DNA of 64,000 nt from Nemertoderma westbladi (Eukaryota > Animalia > Xenacoelomorpha): positions 25,251-89,250 of the forward strand of contig JAUCBJ010003966.1 in assembly GCA_032718475.1 (NCBI GenBank). The letters are read 5' to 3'. Every line of letters starts with the position of its first letter. Position 1 is the stretch's first letter. The notes under the pieces were generated by a model that did no database searches, was not told where the DNA came from, and saw only the letters and a list, made by a program, of their open reading frames with translations. Made by a program: the position numbers and the translations under genes. Positions 1 to 14,800 of the stretch are shown piece by piece.

Positions 1-535
1 ACCTAAAATACGGACACAGAAGTATACATATAGCAGGCATTATACAAAGAGGTTGACCTAAAATACGGACACAGAAGTATACATATAGCAGACATTATAC
101 AAAGAGGTTGACCTAATATACGGACACAGAAGTATACATATAGCAGACATTATACAAAGAGGTTGACCTAAAATACGGACACAGAAGTATACATATAGCA
201 GACATTATACACAGAGGTTGACCTAAAATACGGACACAGAAGTACACATATAGCAGACATTATACACAGAGGTTGACCTAAAATACGGACACAGAAGTAT
301 ACATATAGCAGACATTATACAAAGAGGTTGACCTAAAATACGGACACAGAAGTATACATATAGCAGACATTATACAAAGAGGTTGACCTAAAATACGGAC
401 ACATAAGTATACATATAGCAGACATTATACAAAGAGGTTGACCTAAAATACGGACACAGAAGTATACATATAGCAGACATTATACAAAGAGGTTGACCTA
501 AAATACGGACACAGAAGTATACAAATAGCAGACAT
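1..535 (-). repeat. 55-bp tandem array made of the PC exon-18 acceptor junction (about 10 copies visible; runs off the window)
   Basis: Minus-strand unit is ATGTATACTTCTGTGTCCGTATTTTAG|GTCAACCTCTTTGTATAATGTCTGCTAT. In phase 1 the post-AG part reads GQPLCIMSA, the expected lead-in to the AMKM biotinylation motif. Confidence 0.9.
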
Positions 536-781
536 GTTTTGTAAATAGTAAACAGTATGCATTGGGGTAAATATAATTTATTTATATATAGTTAAAAATA
601 AAAACAAATTCCAATTTACATGAAAAAATCTAATTTTTAGTAAAATAACACTTCAAAGGATAAATGAATGTTATAGTTGTTGTGTCCTACAACAATTTAA
701 TTTTATCTGTTTAACGATTTAACATTTATTTTGTTACTAATTACCATATAAACTGTTTTTTTATGGTTTATTGAGACTAAC

Positions 782-1034
782 CCTTTTCAACAACGTCATC
801 TACATTAACTTTAACGTCTATGATTGATCCTGGCATTGGTGCCCCCACACTACCACGAACCCCCTTCAGAGCTTTGGGATGAACGTGAATCTCTTTCTGA
901 GCTTTGGTGTCCTTTATGTAAACGGATCGCAAACCCCCGTTCACCTCGAAGAATACCTCGCGTTCCCCCGCCGGGGTCAGGTCTCCCGTAGCCAGGAGTT
1001 TTATACGAATCGACTTACCCCGTTCTAATCCAAT
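782..1034 (-). CDS. PC: PC exon 17
   Basis: [12 protein letters not shown]...[16 protein letters not shown]...[24 protein letters not shown]; TAG acceptor, GTTAGT donor, phase 1. Confidence 0.92.
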
Positions 1035-1458
1035 CTAAACACATTTACAATATGATATTTCCAGCAACATATTTCAATGCCAGTAAAATACACAAATCAA
1101 CAAAATGTGTAGTCAGTAAGAATTATTTAATATCGCAATGCTAAAATGTTGACAATATTATCTAATGATATTAGCAGACGATTTGACGCGACAATTTATT
1201 ACTAGGCGATATCATTGATATTAATTGAGGATAACCAACCAACTTCGGCATTAGTGGCACAAATCATAAACTTTAATCTTCAGATCCACATCATAAAAAA
1301 AACAGGTATCTGTATTACATTTTTCACCGGAATCAATGTATGGTAGGGGAATAAATTGTTACTAATGTGCACTGATTGGTCACACAGACACCTACGGAAC
1401 GATTAATTAAACACAATCGATAATAATAGCATTAGATTATATTGGCACAGGAACTCAC

Positions 1459-1710
1459 ATCAATTTCCTCAGCCACATTAGCACCAACGAAGAAGTTCCT
1501 TGTGTTGACAGCCGTTACTGGTCCGTAAAGGTCGACGAAGTTGAGGTAATCATCGGTGACCTTTGGGTAAAGAGCGGCGCTGACTACTTCCTGGTCCCGT
1601 ATGTCGTGATTTGGATGCTTAGCAACCAGCTCCGCTCGCAGTTTATCGAAATCCAAATCGGGAAGCGACTCTCCCGGACGTCCTTCTAATACCGGTTTAC
1701 CTTTTAGAAC
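1459..1710 (-). CDS. PC: PC exon 16
   Basis: VLKGKPVLEGRPGESLPDLDF...SAALYPKV...FFVGANVAEEID; TAG acceptor, GTGAGT donor. Confidence 0.93.
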
Positions 1711-1979
1711 CTAAAACATAAGGGCCGCCATTCTCTTCAAAAGATTCTAGAAGATTTACAAACTAGAAATATCACTGTACTTAACTTTTGCAATGGATAT
1801 TTAATAATTCGAATTGTGATCCTCTACTAACAGCCCAGACAACGGCATTTCGCAACAACAATAACTTAAGTCTCTCTTACATCCATTCATTAATTTAAAT
1901 TGAAAATATTTGGATATTGTTGAGACTCAGATACATTCGTTACCAATTAACTTTATGCAGTAAATATGTTCTTTAAACG

Positions 1980-4900
1980 TAACGGTTCCGCGACGGATCC
2001 ATATAAACTAACCTACTCCGCAACGGTTCCGGATCCATATAAACTAACCTACTCCGCAACGGTTCCGGATCCATATAAACTAACTTACTCCGCAACGGTT
2101 CCGGATCCATATAAACTAACCTACTCCGCAACGGTTCCGGATCCATATAAACTAACCTACTCCACAACGGTTCCGGATCCATATAAACTAACCAACTCCG
2201 CAACGGTCCGGATCCATATAAACTAACCTACTCCGCAACAGTTCCGGATCCATATAAACTAACCTACTCCGCAACGGTTCCGGATCCATATAAACTAACC
2301 TACTCCGCCGACGGTTCCGGATCCATATAAACTAACCTACTCCACAACGGTTCCAGATCCATATAAACTAACCTACTCCGCAACGGTTCCGGATCCATAT
2401 AAACTAACCTACTCCGCAACGGTTCCGGATCCATATAAACTAACCTTACACCGCAACGGTTCCGGATCCATATAAACTAACCTACTCCGCAACGGTTCCG
2501 GATCCATATAAACTAACCTACTCCGCAACGGTTCCGGATCCATATAAACTAACCTACTCCGCAACGGTTCCGGATCCATATAAACTAACCTACTCCGCCG
2601 ACGGTTCCGGATCCATATAAACTAACCTACTCCACAACGGTTCCAGATCCATATAAACTAACCTACTCCGCAACGGTTCCGGATCCATATAAACTAACCT
2701 ACTCCGCAACGGTTCCGGATCCATATAAACTAACCTTACACCGCAACGGTTCCGGATCCATATAAACTAACCTACTCCGCAACGGTTCCGGATCCATATA
2801 AACTAACCTACTCCGCAACGGTTCCGCATCCATATAAACTAACCTACTCCGCAACGGTTCCGGATCCATATAAACTAACCTACTCCGCAACGGTTCCGGA
2901 TCCATATAAACTAACCTACTCCGCAACGGTTCCGGATCCATATAAACTAACCTACTCCGCAACGGTTCCGGATCCATATAAACTAACCTACTCCGCAACG
3001 GTTCCGGATCCATATAAACTAACCTTACACCGCAACGGTTCCGGATCCATATAAACTAACCTACTCCGCAACGGTTCCGGATCCATATAAACTAACCTAC
3101 TACGCAACGGTTCCGGATCCATATAAACTAACCTACTTCGTAACGGTTCCAGATCCATATAAACTAACCTTACACCGCAACGGTTCCGGATCCATATAAA
3201 CTAACCTACTCCGCAACGGTTCCGGATCCATATAAACTAACCTACTCCGCAACGGTTCCGCATCCATATAAACTAACCTACTCCGCAACGGTTCCGGATC
3301 CATATAAACTAACCTACTCCGCAACGGTTCCGGATCCATATAAACTAACCTACTCCGCAACGGTTCCGGATCCATATAAACTAACCTACTCCGCAACGGT
3401 TCCGGATCCATATAAACTAACCTACTCCGCAACGGTTCCGCATCCATATAAACTAACCTACTCCGCAACGGTTCCGGATCCATATAAACTAACCTACTCC
3501 GCAACGGTTCCGGATCCATATAAACTAACCTACTCCGCAACGGTTCCGGATCCATATAAACTAACCTACTCCGCAACGGTTCCGGATCCATATAAACTAA
3601 CCTTACACCGCAACGGTTCCGGATCCATATAAACTAACCTACTCCGCAACGGTTCCGGATCCATATAAACTAACCTACTACGCAACGGTTCCGGATCCAT
3701 ATAAACTAACCTACTTCGCAACGGTTCCGGATCCATATAAACTAACCTACTACGCAACGGTTCCGGATCCATATAAACTAACCTACTCCGCAACGGTACC
3801 GGATCCATATAAACTAACCTACTCCGCAACGGTTCCGGGACCACATAAACTAACCTTACTCCGCAACGGTTCCGGATCCATATGAACTAACCTACTCCGC
3901 AACGGTTCCGGATGCATATAAACTAACCTACTACGCAACGGTTCCGGATCCATATAAACTAACCTACTTCGTAACGGTTCCAGATCCATATAAACTAACC
4001 TTACACCGCAACGGTTCCGGATCCATATAAACTAACCTACTCCGCAACGGTTCCGGATCCATATAAACTAACCTACTCCGCAACGGTTCCGCATCCATAT
4101 AAACTAACCTACTCCGCAACGGTTCCGGATCCATATAAACTAACCTACTCCGCAACGGTTCCGGATCCATATAAACTAACCTACTCCGCAACGGTTCCGG
4201 ATCCATATAAACTAACCTACTCCGCAACGGTTCCGGATCCATATAAACTAACCTACTCCGCAACGGTTCCGCATCCATATAAACTAACCTACTCCGCAAC
4301 GGTTCCGGATCCATATAAACTAACCTACTCCGCAACGGTTCCGGATCCATATAAACTAACCTACTCCGCAACGGTTCCGGATCCATATAAACTAACCTAC
4401 TCCGCAACGGTTCCGGATCCATATAAACTAACCTTACACCGCAACGGTTCCGGATCCATATAAACTAACCTACTCCGCAACGGTATCGGGACCACATAAA
4501 CTAACCTTACTCCGCAACGGTTCCGGATCCATATAAACTAACCTACTCCGCAACGGTTCCGGATCCATATAAACTAACCTACTACGCAACGGTTCCGGAT
4601 CCATATAAACTAACCTACTCCGCAACGGTACCGGATCCATATAAACTAACCTACTCCGCAACGGTTCCGGGACCACATAAACTAACCTTACTCCGCAACG
4701 GTTCCGGATCCATATGAACTAACCTACTCCGCAACGGTTCCGGATGCATATAAACTAACCTACTACGCAACGGTTCCGGATCCATATAAACTAACCTACT
4801 CCGCAACGGTTCCGAATCCATATAAACTAACCTACTCCGCAACGGTTCCGGATCCATATAAACTAACCTACTCCGCAACGGTTCCGGATCCATATAAACT

Positions 4901-7785
4901 AACCTACTCCGCAACGGTTCCGGATCCATATAAACTAACCTTACTCCGCAACGGTTCCGGATCCATATAAACTAACCTACTACGCAACGGTTCCGGATCC
5001 ATATAAACTAACCTACTCCGCAACGGTTCCGAATCCATATAAACTAACCTACTCCGCAACGGTTCCGGATCCATATAAACTAACCTATTCCGCAACGGTT
5101 CCGGATCCATATAAACTAACCTACTCCACAACGGTTCCGGATCCATATAAACTAACCTACTCCGCAACGGTACCGGATCCATATAAACTAACCTACTCCG
5201 CAACGGTACCGGATCCATATAAACTAACCTACTCCGCAACGGTACCAGATCCATATAAACTAACCTACTCCGCAACGGTTCCGGGACCACATAAACTAAC
5301 CTTACTCCGCAACGGTTCCGGATCCATATAAACTAACCTACTCCGCAACGGTTCCGGATCCATATAAACTAACCTACTCCGCAACGGTTCCGGATCCATA
5401 TAAACTAACCTACTCCGCAACGGTTCCGGATCCATATAAACTAACCTACTCCGCAACGGTTCCGGATCCATATAAACTAACCTACTCCGCAACGGTTCCG
5501 GATCCATATAAACTAACCTACTCCGCAACGGTTCCGGATCCATATAAACTAACCTACTCCGCAACGGTTCCGGATCCATATAAACTAACCTACTCCGCAA
5601 CGGTTCCGGATCCACATAAACTAACCTACTCCGCAACGGTTCCGGATCCATATAAACTAACCTACTCCGCAACGGTTCCGGATCCATATAAACTAACCTA
5701 CTCCGCAACGGTTCCGGATCCATATAAACTAACCTACTCCGCAACGGTTCCGGATCCATATAAACTAACCTACTCCGCAACGGTTCCGGATCCATATAAA
5801 CTAACCTACTCCGCAACGGTTCCGGATCCATATAAACTAACCTTACACCGCAACGGTTCCGGATCCATATAAACTAACCTACTCCGCAACGGTTCCGGAT
5901 CCATATAAACTAACCTACTCCGCAACGGTTCCAGATCCATATAAACTAACCTACTCCGCAACGGTTCCGGATCCATATAAACTAACCTACTCCGCAACGG
6001 TTCCGGATCCATATAAACTAACCTACTCCGCAACGGTTCCGGATCCATATAAACTAACCTACTCCGCAACGGTTCCGGATCCATATAAATTAACCTTCCT
6101 TACTCCGCAACGGTTCCGGATCCATATAAACTAACCTACTCCGCAACGGTTCCGGATCCATATAAACTAACCTACTCCGCAACGGTTCCGGATCCATATA
6201 AACTAACCTACTCCGCAACGGTTCCGGATCCATAGAAACTAACCCTACTCCGCAACGGTTCCGGATCCATATAAACTAACCTACTCCGCAACGGTTCCGG
6301 ATCCATATAAACTAACCTACTCCGCAACGGTTCCGGATCCATATAAACTAACCTACTCCGCAAGGGTTCCGGATCCACATAAACTAACCTACTCCGCAAC
6401 GGTTCCGGATCCATATAAACTAACCTACTCCGCAACGGTTCCGGATCCATATAAACTAACCTACTCCACAACGGTTCCGGATCCATATAAACTAACCTAC
6501 TCCGCAACGGTTCCGGATCCATATAAACTAACCTACTCCGCAACGGTTCCGGATCCATATAAACTAACCTACTCCGCAACGGTTCCGGATCCATATAAAC
6601 TAACCTACTCCGCAACGGTTCCGGATCCATATAAACTAACCTACTCCGCAACGGTTCCGGATCCATATAAACTAACCTACTCCGCAACGGTTCCGGATCC
6701 ATATAAACTAACCTTACACCGCAACGGTTCCGGATCCATATAAACTAACCTACTCCGCAACGGTTCCGGATCCATATAAACTAACCTACTCCGCAACGGT
6801 TCCGGATCCACATAAACTAACCTACTCCGCAACGGTTCCGGATCCATATAAACTAACCTACTCCGCAACGGTTCCGGGTCCATATAAACTAACCTACTCC
6901 GCAACGGTTCCGGATCCATATAAACTAACCTACTCCGCAACGGTTCCGGATCCATATAAACTAACCTACTCCGCAACGGTTCCGGATCCATATAAACTAA
7001 CCTACTCCACAACGGTTCCAGATCCATATAAACTAACCTACTCCACAACGGTTCCGGATCCATATAAACTAACCTACTCCACAACGGTTCCGGATCCATA
7101 TATACTAACCTACTCCGCAACGGTTCCGGATCCATATAAACTAACCTTACTCCGCAACGGTTCCGGATCCATATAAACTAACCTACTCCGCAACGGTTCC
7201 GGATCAATATAAACTAACCTACTCCGCAACGGTACCGGATCCATATAAACTAACCTTACACCGCAACGGTTCCGGATCCATATAAACTAACCTTACTCCG
7301 CAACGGTTCCGGATCCATATAAACTAACCTACTCCGCAACGGTTCCGGATCCATATAAACTAACCTACTCCGCAACGGTTCCGGATCCATATAAACTAAC
7401 CTACTCCGCAACGGTTCCGGATCCATATAAACTAACCTACTCCACAACGGTTCCGGATCCATATAAACTAACCTACTCCGCAACGGTTCCGGATCCATAT
7501 AAACTAACCTACTCCGCAACGGTTCCGGATCCATATAAACTAACCTACTACGCAACGGTTCCGGATCCATATAAACTAACCTACTCCGCAACGGTTCCGG
7601 ATCCATATAAACTAACCTACTCCGCAACGGTTCCGGATCCATATAAACTAACCTACTCCGCAACGGTTCCGGATCCATATAAACTAACCTACTCCGCAAC
7701 GGTTCCGGATCCATATAAATTAACCTACTCCGCAACGGTTCCGGATCCATATAAACTAACCTTACTCCGCAATGGTTCCGGATAA
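1980..7785 (-). repeat. 36-bp tandem array made of the PC exon-15 donor junction (about 160 copies)
   Basis: Unit ATCCGGAACCGTTGCGGAGTAG|GTTAGTTTATATGG versus the true junction ATCCGGAACCATTGCGGAGTAAG|GTTAGTTTATATGG. Occasional 37-bp units keep the full AAG. Confidence 0.96.
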
Positions 7786-7940
7786 CCACCATATGGTTCC
7801 CCCAGATGGCCTTGCAGGAACTCGACAACCGATAATGGCAGACTAAGATCCCCAGCTCTTTGCTCCACCATCTCTGGAGTCAGGCGATTCTGTACCATAA
7901 ACTGGGCCAAATCCCCAACCACTTTTGATGATGGTGTAAC
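7761..7940 (-). CDS. PC: PC exon 15
   Basis: [18 protein letters not shown]...[14 protein letters not shown]; TAG acceptor, GTTAGT donor. Confidence 0.94.
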
Positions 7941-8658
7941 CTAGACAACACGAAATATGAAATTAATTAATGTGAACATGAAGATAGGGGGTGACACCTC
8001 CAAATTAGTGAAAAACAGAACCTTTTCGATATTACTTTTATTTCACTAATTTAAGTGATGGAAAATACTTTCTGCGACTAAAATTTGTGGATGTCTTTCT
8101 ACTCACTAATTTATTAGAAAAAAGGCATTCTTTCTGCTCAGAAATTTAATTGAATGAAAGTCTTTCGAGAAACTAGTAATATTAATTTCTGAAAAAAATG
8201 ATTTTTTCTCAGTAATTTTGGTGTGTAATTAACAGAATCCACCCAAAGTACCCTTTAATTGAAATAATTGGTAGAAACAATAAAAATGGTCATTTAATTA
8301 TGGTATTCGCTTCCCTCGTGGTAATGGAAAGAGTTTAAAAATCTCAAAACATGAGGAAAATATCAGGAAAATCACTTAGGTCCCCAACAAAAACAAGACC
8401 AAACACAAACAACTCTCTGCTTGCAATCATTGCCATACAGTATTTTAGAAAACATTATTTTTAAGTGCATTACATTAAACATTATTACATTTTTTTTTTC
8501 ACATTGTGCGAAATCATGTTAAATAAAATCTGATGTAATTTTTCGTGTGGAAGGGGGTGGGGAGTCCCAAAAGAACATGGAATATGACTATAGATTCATT
8601 GGAGGCCTCTTCGTTGTAGGAAGTTCATTAAGGGAGCTTTGGATGGCGAATTATTTAC

Positions 8659-8774
8659 CTTAATTAAGTCACCAAGAAGCTGATTGGCTTGGCTGTAGGC
8701 CTTCTTAACCTCTTCAAATCGACTACCAAGACCAAGGCTGTGTGACTGGAACTGTAGGTTAGTGTACTGTCCAC
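8659..8774 (-). CDS. PC: PC exon 14
   Basis: [39 protein letters not shown]; TAG acceptor, GTAAAT donor. Confidence 0.94.
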
Positions 8775-8897
8775 CTATGGAATTATTTATTATAAATTAG
8801 TAATAACGATTTCGTTGATTAATTAATTCGCCTAAGTTAAGATATCCGAAGATATTTTACACAATTGACACATTGCTCATCGACTAAGAAGGTTCGT

Positions 8898-11800
8898 GAA
8901 GATAAAGGTGTTAAAAATAGATAAAAAGATACAGGTGCTAAAAATAGATAAAAAGATACAGGTGCTAAAAATAGATAAAACGATACAGGTGTTAAAAATA
9001 GATAAAACGATACAGGTGTTAAAAATAGATAAAAAGATACAGGTGTTAAAAATAGATAAAACGATACAGGTGTGAAAAATAGATAAAAAGATACAGGTGT
9101 TAAAAATAGATAAAAATATACAGGTGTTAAAAATAGATAAAAAGATACAGGTGTTAAAAATAGATAAAAAAGATACAGGTGTTAAAAATAGATAAAAATA
9201 TACAGGTGTTAAAAATAGATAAAACGATACAGGTGTTAAAAATAGATAAAAAGATACAGGTGTTAAAAATAGATAAAAATATACAGGTGTTAAAAATAGA
9301 TAAAACGATACAGGTGTTAAAAATAGATAAAAAGATACAGGTGTTAAAAATAGATAAAACGATACAGGTGTCAAAAATAGATAAAAAGATACAGGTGTTA
9401 AAAATAGATAAAAATATACAGGTGTTAAAAATAGATAAAACGATACAGGTGCTAAAAATAGATAAAAAGATACAGGTGTTAAAAATAGATAAAAAGATAC
9501 AGGTGTTAAAAATAGATAAAAAGATACAGGTGTTAAAAATAGATAAAACGATACAGGTGTTAAAAATAGATAAAAAGATACAGGTGTTAAAAATAGATAA
9601 AAAGATACAGGTGTTAAAAATAGATAAAAAGATACAGGTGTTAAAAATAGATAAAACGATACAGGTGTTAAAAATAGATAAAAAGATACAGGTGTTAAAA
9701 ATAGATAAAACGATACTGGTGTTAAAAATGGATAAAAAGATACAGGTGTTAAAAATAGATAAAACGATACAGGTGTTAAAAATAGATAAAAAGATACAGG
9801 TGTTAAAAATAGATAAAACGATACAGGTGTTAAAAATAGATAAAAAGATACAGGTGTTAAAAATAGATAAAAAGATACAGGTGTTAAAAATAGATAAAAA
9901 GATACAGGTGTTAAAAATAGATAATAAGATACAGGTGTTAAAAGTAGATAAAAAGATACAGGTGTTAAAAATAGATAAGATACAGGTGTTAAAAATAGAT
10001 AAAAAGATACAGGTTTTAAAAATAGATAAAAAAGATACAGGTGTTAAAAATAAATAAAACGATACAGGTGTTAAAAATAGATAAAAAAGATACAGGTGTT
10101 AAAAATAGATAAAAAGATACAGGTGTTAAAAATAGATAAAAAGATACAGGTGCTAAAAATAGATAAAAAGATACAGGTGTTAAAAATAGATAAAAAGATA
10201 CAGGTGTTAAAAATAGATAAAAAGATACAGGTTTTAAAAATAGATAAAAAAGATACAGGTGTTAAAAATAAATAAAACGATACAGGTGTTAAAAATAGAT
10301 AAAAAAGATACAGGTGTTAAAAATAGATAAAAAGATACAGGTGTTAAAAATAGATAAAAAGATACAGGTGCTAAAAATAGATAAAAAGATACAGGTGTTA
10401 AAAATAGATAAAAAGATACAGGTGTTAAAAATAGATAAAAAAAGATACAGGTGTTAAAAATAGATAAAAAGATACAGGTGTTAAAAATAGATAAAAAGAT
10501 ACAGGTGCTAAAAATAGATAAAAAGATACAGGTGCTAAAAATAGATAAAAAGATGCAGGTGTTAAAAATAGATAATAAGATACAGGTGTTAAAAATAGAT
10601 AAACCGATACAGGTGTTAAAAATAGATAAAAAGATAAAGGTGTTAAAAATAGATAAAAAGATACAGGTGTTAAAAATAGATAAAACGATACAGGTGTTAA
10701 AAATAAATAAAAAGATACAGGTGTTAAAAATAGATAAAAAGATACAGGTGTTAAAAATAGATAAAACGATACAGGTGTTAAAAATAGATAAAAAGATACA
10801 GGTGTTAAAAATAGATAAGATACAGGTGTTAAAAATAGATAAAAAGATAAAGGTGTTAAAAATAGATAAAAAGATACAGGTGTTAAAAATAGATAAAACG
10901 ATACAGGTGTTAAAAATAGATAAAAAGATACAGGTGTTAAAAATAGATAAGATACAGGTGTTAAAAATAGATAAAAAGATACATGTGTTAAAAATAGATA
11001 AAAAGATAAAGGTGTTAAAAATAGATAAAAAGATACAGGTGTTAAAAATAGATAAAAAAGATACAAGTGTTAAAAATAGATAATAAGATACAGGTGTTAA
11101 AAATAGATAAAAAGATATAGGTGTTAAAAATAGATAAAAAAGATACAGGTGTTAAAAATAGATAAAACGATACAGGTGTTAAAAATAGATAAAAAAGATA
11201 CAGGTGTTAAAAATAGATAAAAAGATACAGGTGTTAAAAATAGATAAGATACAGGTGTTAAAAATAGATAAAAAGATATAGGTGTTAAAAATAGATAAAA
11301 AAGATACAGGTGTTAAAAATAGATAAAACGATACAGGTGTTAAAAATATATAAAAAAGATACAGGTGTTAAAAATAGATAAAAAGATACAGGTGTTAAAA
11401 ATAGATAAAAAGATACAGGTGTTAAAAATAGATAAAAAGATACAGGTTTTAAAAATAGATAAAAAAGATACAGGTGTTAAAAATAAATAAAACGATACAG
11501 GTGTTAAAAATATATAAAAAAGATACAGGTGTTAAAAATAGATAAAACGATACAGGTGTTAAAAATAAATAAAAAGATACAGGTGTTAAAAATAGATAAA
11601 AAAGATACAGGTGTTAAAAATAGATAAAAAGATACAGGTGTTAAAAATAGATAAAAAGATACAGGTGTTAAAAACAGATAAAAAGATACAGGTGTTAAAA
11701 ATAGATAAAAAGATACAGGTGTTAAAAACAGATAAAAAGATAAAGGTGTTAAAAATAAATAAAAAGATACAGGTGTTAAAAATAGATAAAAAGATACAGG

Positions 11801-14800
11801 TGTTAAAAATAGATAAAAAGATACAGGTGTTAAAAATAGATAAAAAGATACAGGTGTTAAAAATAGATAAAAAGATACAGGTGTTAAAAACAGATAAAAA
11901 GATAAAGGTGTTAAAAATAAATAAACAAGATACAGGTGTTAAAAATAGATAAAAAGATACAGGTGTTAAAAACAGATAAAAAGATACAGGTGTTAAAAAT
12001 AGATAAAAAGATACAGGTGTTAAAAACAGATAAAAAGATACAGGTGTTAAAAATAGATAAGATACAGGTGTTAAAAATAGATAAAAAGATACAGGTGTTA
12101 AAAACAGATAAAAAGATACAGGTGTTAAAAATAGATAAAAAGATACAGGTGTTAAAAATAGATAAAAAGATACAGGTGTTAAAAATAGATAAAAAGATAC
12201 AGGTGTTAAAAATAGATAAAAAGATAAAGGTGTTAAAAATAAATAAAAAGATACAGGTGTTAAAAATAGATAAAAAGATACAGGTGTTAAAAATAGATAA
12301 AAAGATACAGGTGTTAAAAATAGATAAGATACAGGTGTTAAAAATAAATAAAAAGATACAGGTGTTAAAAATAGATAAAAAGATACAGGTGTTAAAAATA
12401 GATAAGATACAGGTGTTAAAAATAGATAAAAAGATACAGGTGTTAAAAATAGATAAGATACAGGTGTTAAAAATAGATAAAAAGATACAGGTGTTAAAAA
12501 CAGATAAAAAGATAAAGGTGTTAAAAATAAATAAACAAGATACAGGTGTTAAAAATAGATAAAAAGATACAGGTGTTAAAAATAGATAAGATACAGGTGT
12601 TAAAAATAAATAAAAAGATACAGGTGTTAAAAATAGATAAAAAGATACAGGTGTTAAAAATAGATAAGATACAGGTGTTAAAAATAAATAAAAAGATACA
12701 GGTGTTAAAAATAGATAAAAAGATACAGGTGTTAAAAATAGATAAAAAGATACAGGTGTTAAAAATAGATAAAAAGATACAGGTGTTAAAAATAGATAAA
12801 AAGATACAGGTGTTAAAAATAGATAAAAAGATACAGGTGTTAAAAATAGATAAGATACAGGTGTTAAAAATAGATAAAAAGATACAGGTGTTAAAAATAG
12901 ATAAACCGATACAGGTGTTAAAAATAGATAAAAAGATACAGGTGTTAAAAATAGATAAAAAGATACAGGTGTTAAAAATAGATAAAAAAGATACAGGTGT
13001 TAAAAATAGATAAAAAGATACAGGTGTTAAAAATAGATAAAAATATACAGGTGTTTAAAACAGATAAAAAGATACAGGTGTTAAAAATAGATAAAAAGAT
13101 ACAGGTGTTAAAAATAGATAAACCGATACAGGTGTTAAAAATAGATAAAAAGATACAGGTGTTAAAAATAGATAAAACGATACAGGTGTTAAAAATAGAT
13201 AAAAAGATACAGGTGTTAAAAATAGATAAAAAGATACAGGTGTTAAAAATAGATAAAAATATACAGGTGTTTAAAACAGATAAAAAGATACAGGTGTTAA
13301 AAATAGATAAAAAAGATACAGGTGTTAAAAATAGATAAAAAGATACAGGTGTTAAAAATAGATAAAAAAGATACAGGTGTTAAAAATAGATAAAAAGATA
13401 CAGGTGTTAAAAATAGATAAAAATATACAGGTGTTTAAAACAGATAAAAAGATACAGGTGTTAAAAATAGATAAAAAAGATACAGGTGTTAAAAATAGAT
13501 AAAAAGATACAGGTGTTAAAAATAGATAAAAAGATACAGGTGTTAAAAATAGATAAAAAGATACAGGTGCTAAAAATAGATAAAAAGATACAGGTGTTAA
13601 AAATAGATAAAAAGATACAGGTGTTAAAAATAGATAAAAATATACAGGTGTTTAAAACAGATAAAAAGATACAGGTGTTAAAAATAGATAAAAAAGATAC
13701 AGGTGTTAAAAATAGATAAAAAGATACAGGTGTTAAAAATAGATAAAAAGATACAGGTGTTAAAAATAGATAAAACGATACAGGTGTTAAAAATAGATAA
13801 AAAGATACAGGTGTTAAAAATAGATAAAAAGATACAGGTGTTAAAAATAGATAAAAAGATACAGGTGTTAAAAATAGATAAAACGATACAGGTGTTAAAA
13901 ATAGATAAAAAGATACAGGTGTTAAAAATAGATAAAACGATACTGGTGTTAAAAATGGATAAAAAGATACAGGTGTTAAAAATAGATAAAACGATACAGG
14001 TGTTAAAAATAGATAAAAAGATACAGGTGTTAAAAATAGATAAAACGATACAGGTGTTAAAAATAGATAAAAAGATACAGGTGTTAAAAATAGATAAAAA
14101 GATACAGGTGTTAAAAATAGATAAAAAGATACAGGTGTTAAAAATAGATAATAAGATACAGGTGTTAAAAGTAGATAAAAAGATACAGGTGTTAAAAATA
14201 GATAAGATACAAGTGTTAAAAATAGATTAAAAGATACAGGTTTTAAAAATAGATAAAAAAGATACAGGTGTTAAAAATAAATAAAACGATACAGGTGTTA
14301 AAAATAGATAAAAAAGATACAGGTGTTAAAAATAGATAAAAAGATACAGGTGTTAAAAATAGATAAAAAGATACAGGTGCTAAAAATAGATAAAAAGATA
14401 CAGGTGTTAAAAATAGATAAAAAGATACAGGTGTTAAAAATAGATAAAAAGATACAGGTTTTAAAAATAGATAAAAAAGATACAGGTGTTAAAAATAAAT
14501 AAAACGATACAGGTGTTAAAAATAGATAAAAAAGATACAGGTGTTAAAAATAGATAAAAAGATACAGGTGTTAAAAATAGATAAAAAGATACAGGTGCTA
14601 AAAATAGATAAAAAGATACAGGTGTTAAAAATAGATAAAAAGATACAGGTGTTAAAAATAGATAAAAAAAGATACAGGTGTTAAAAATAGATAAAAAGAT
14701 ACAGGTGTTAAAAATAGATAAAAAGATACAGGTGCTAAAAATAGATAAAAAGATACAGGTGCTAAAAATAGATAAAAAGATGCAGGTGTTAAAAATAGAT

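Noticed and set aside
1980-7785. 36-bp partly palindromic repeats as a CRISPR array
   Set aside because: Units are head-to-tail with no unique spacers, there are no cas genes, the context is a eukaryotic spliced gene, and the unit derives from exon 15.
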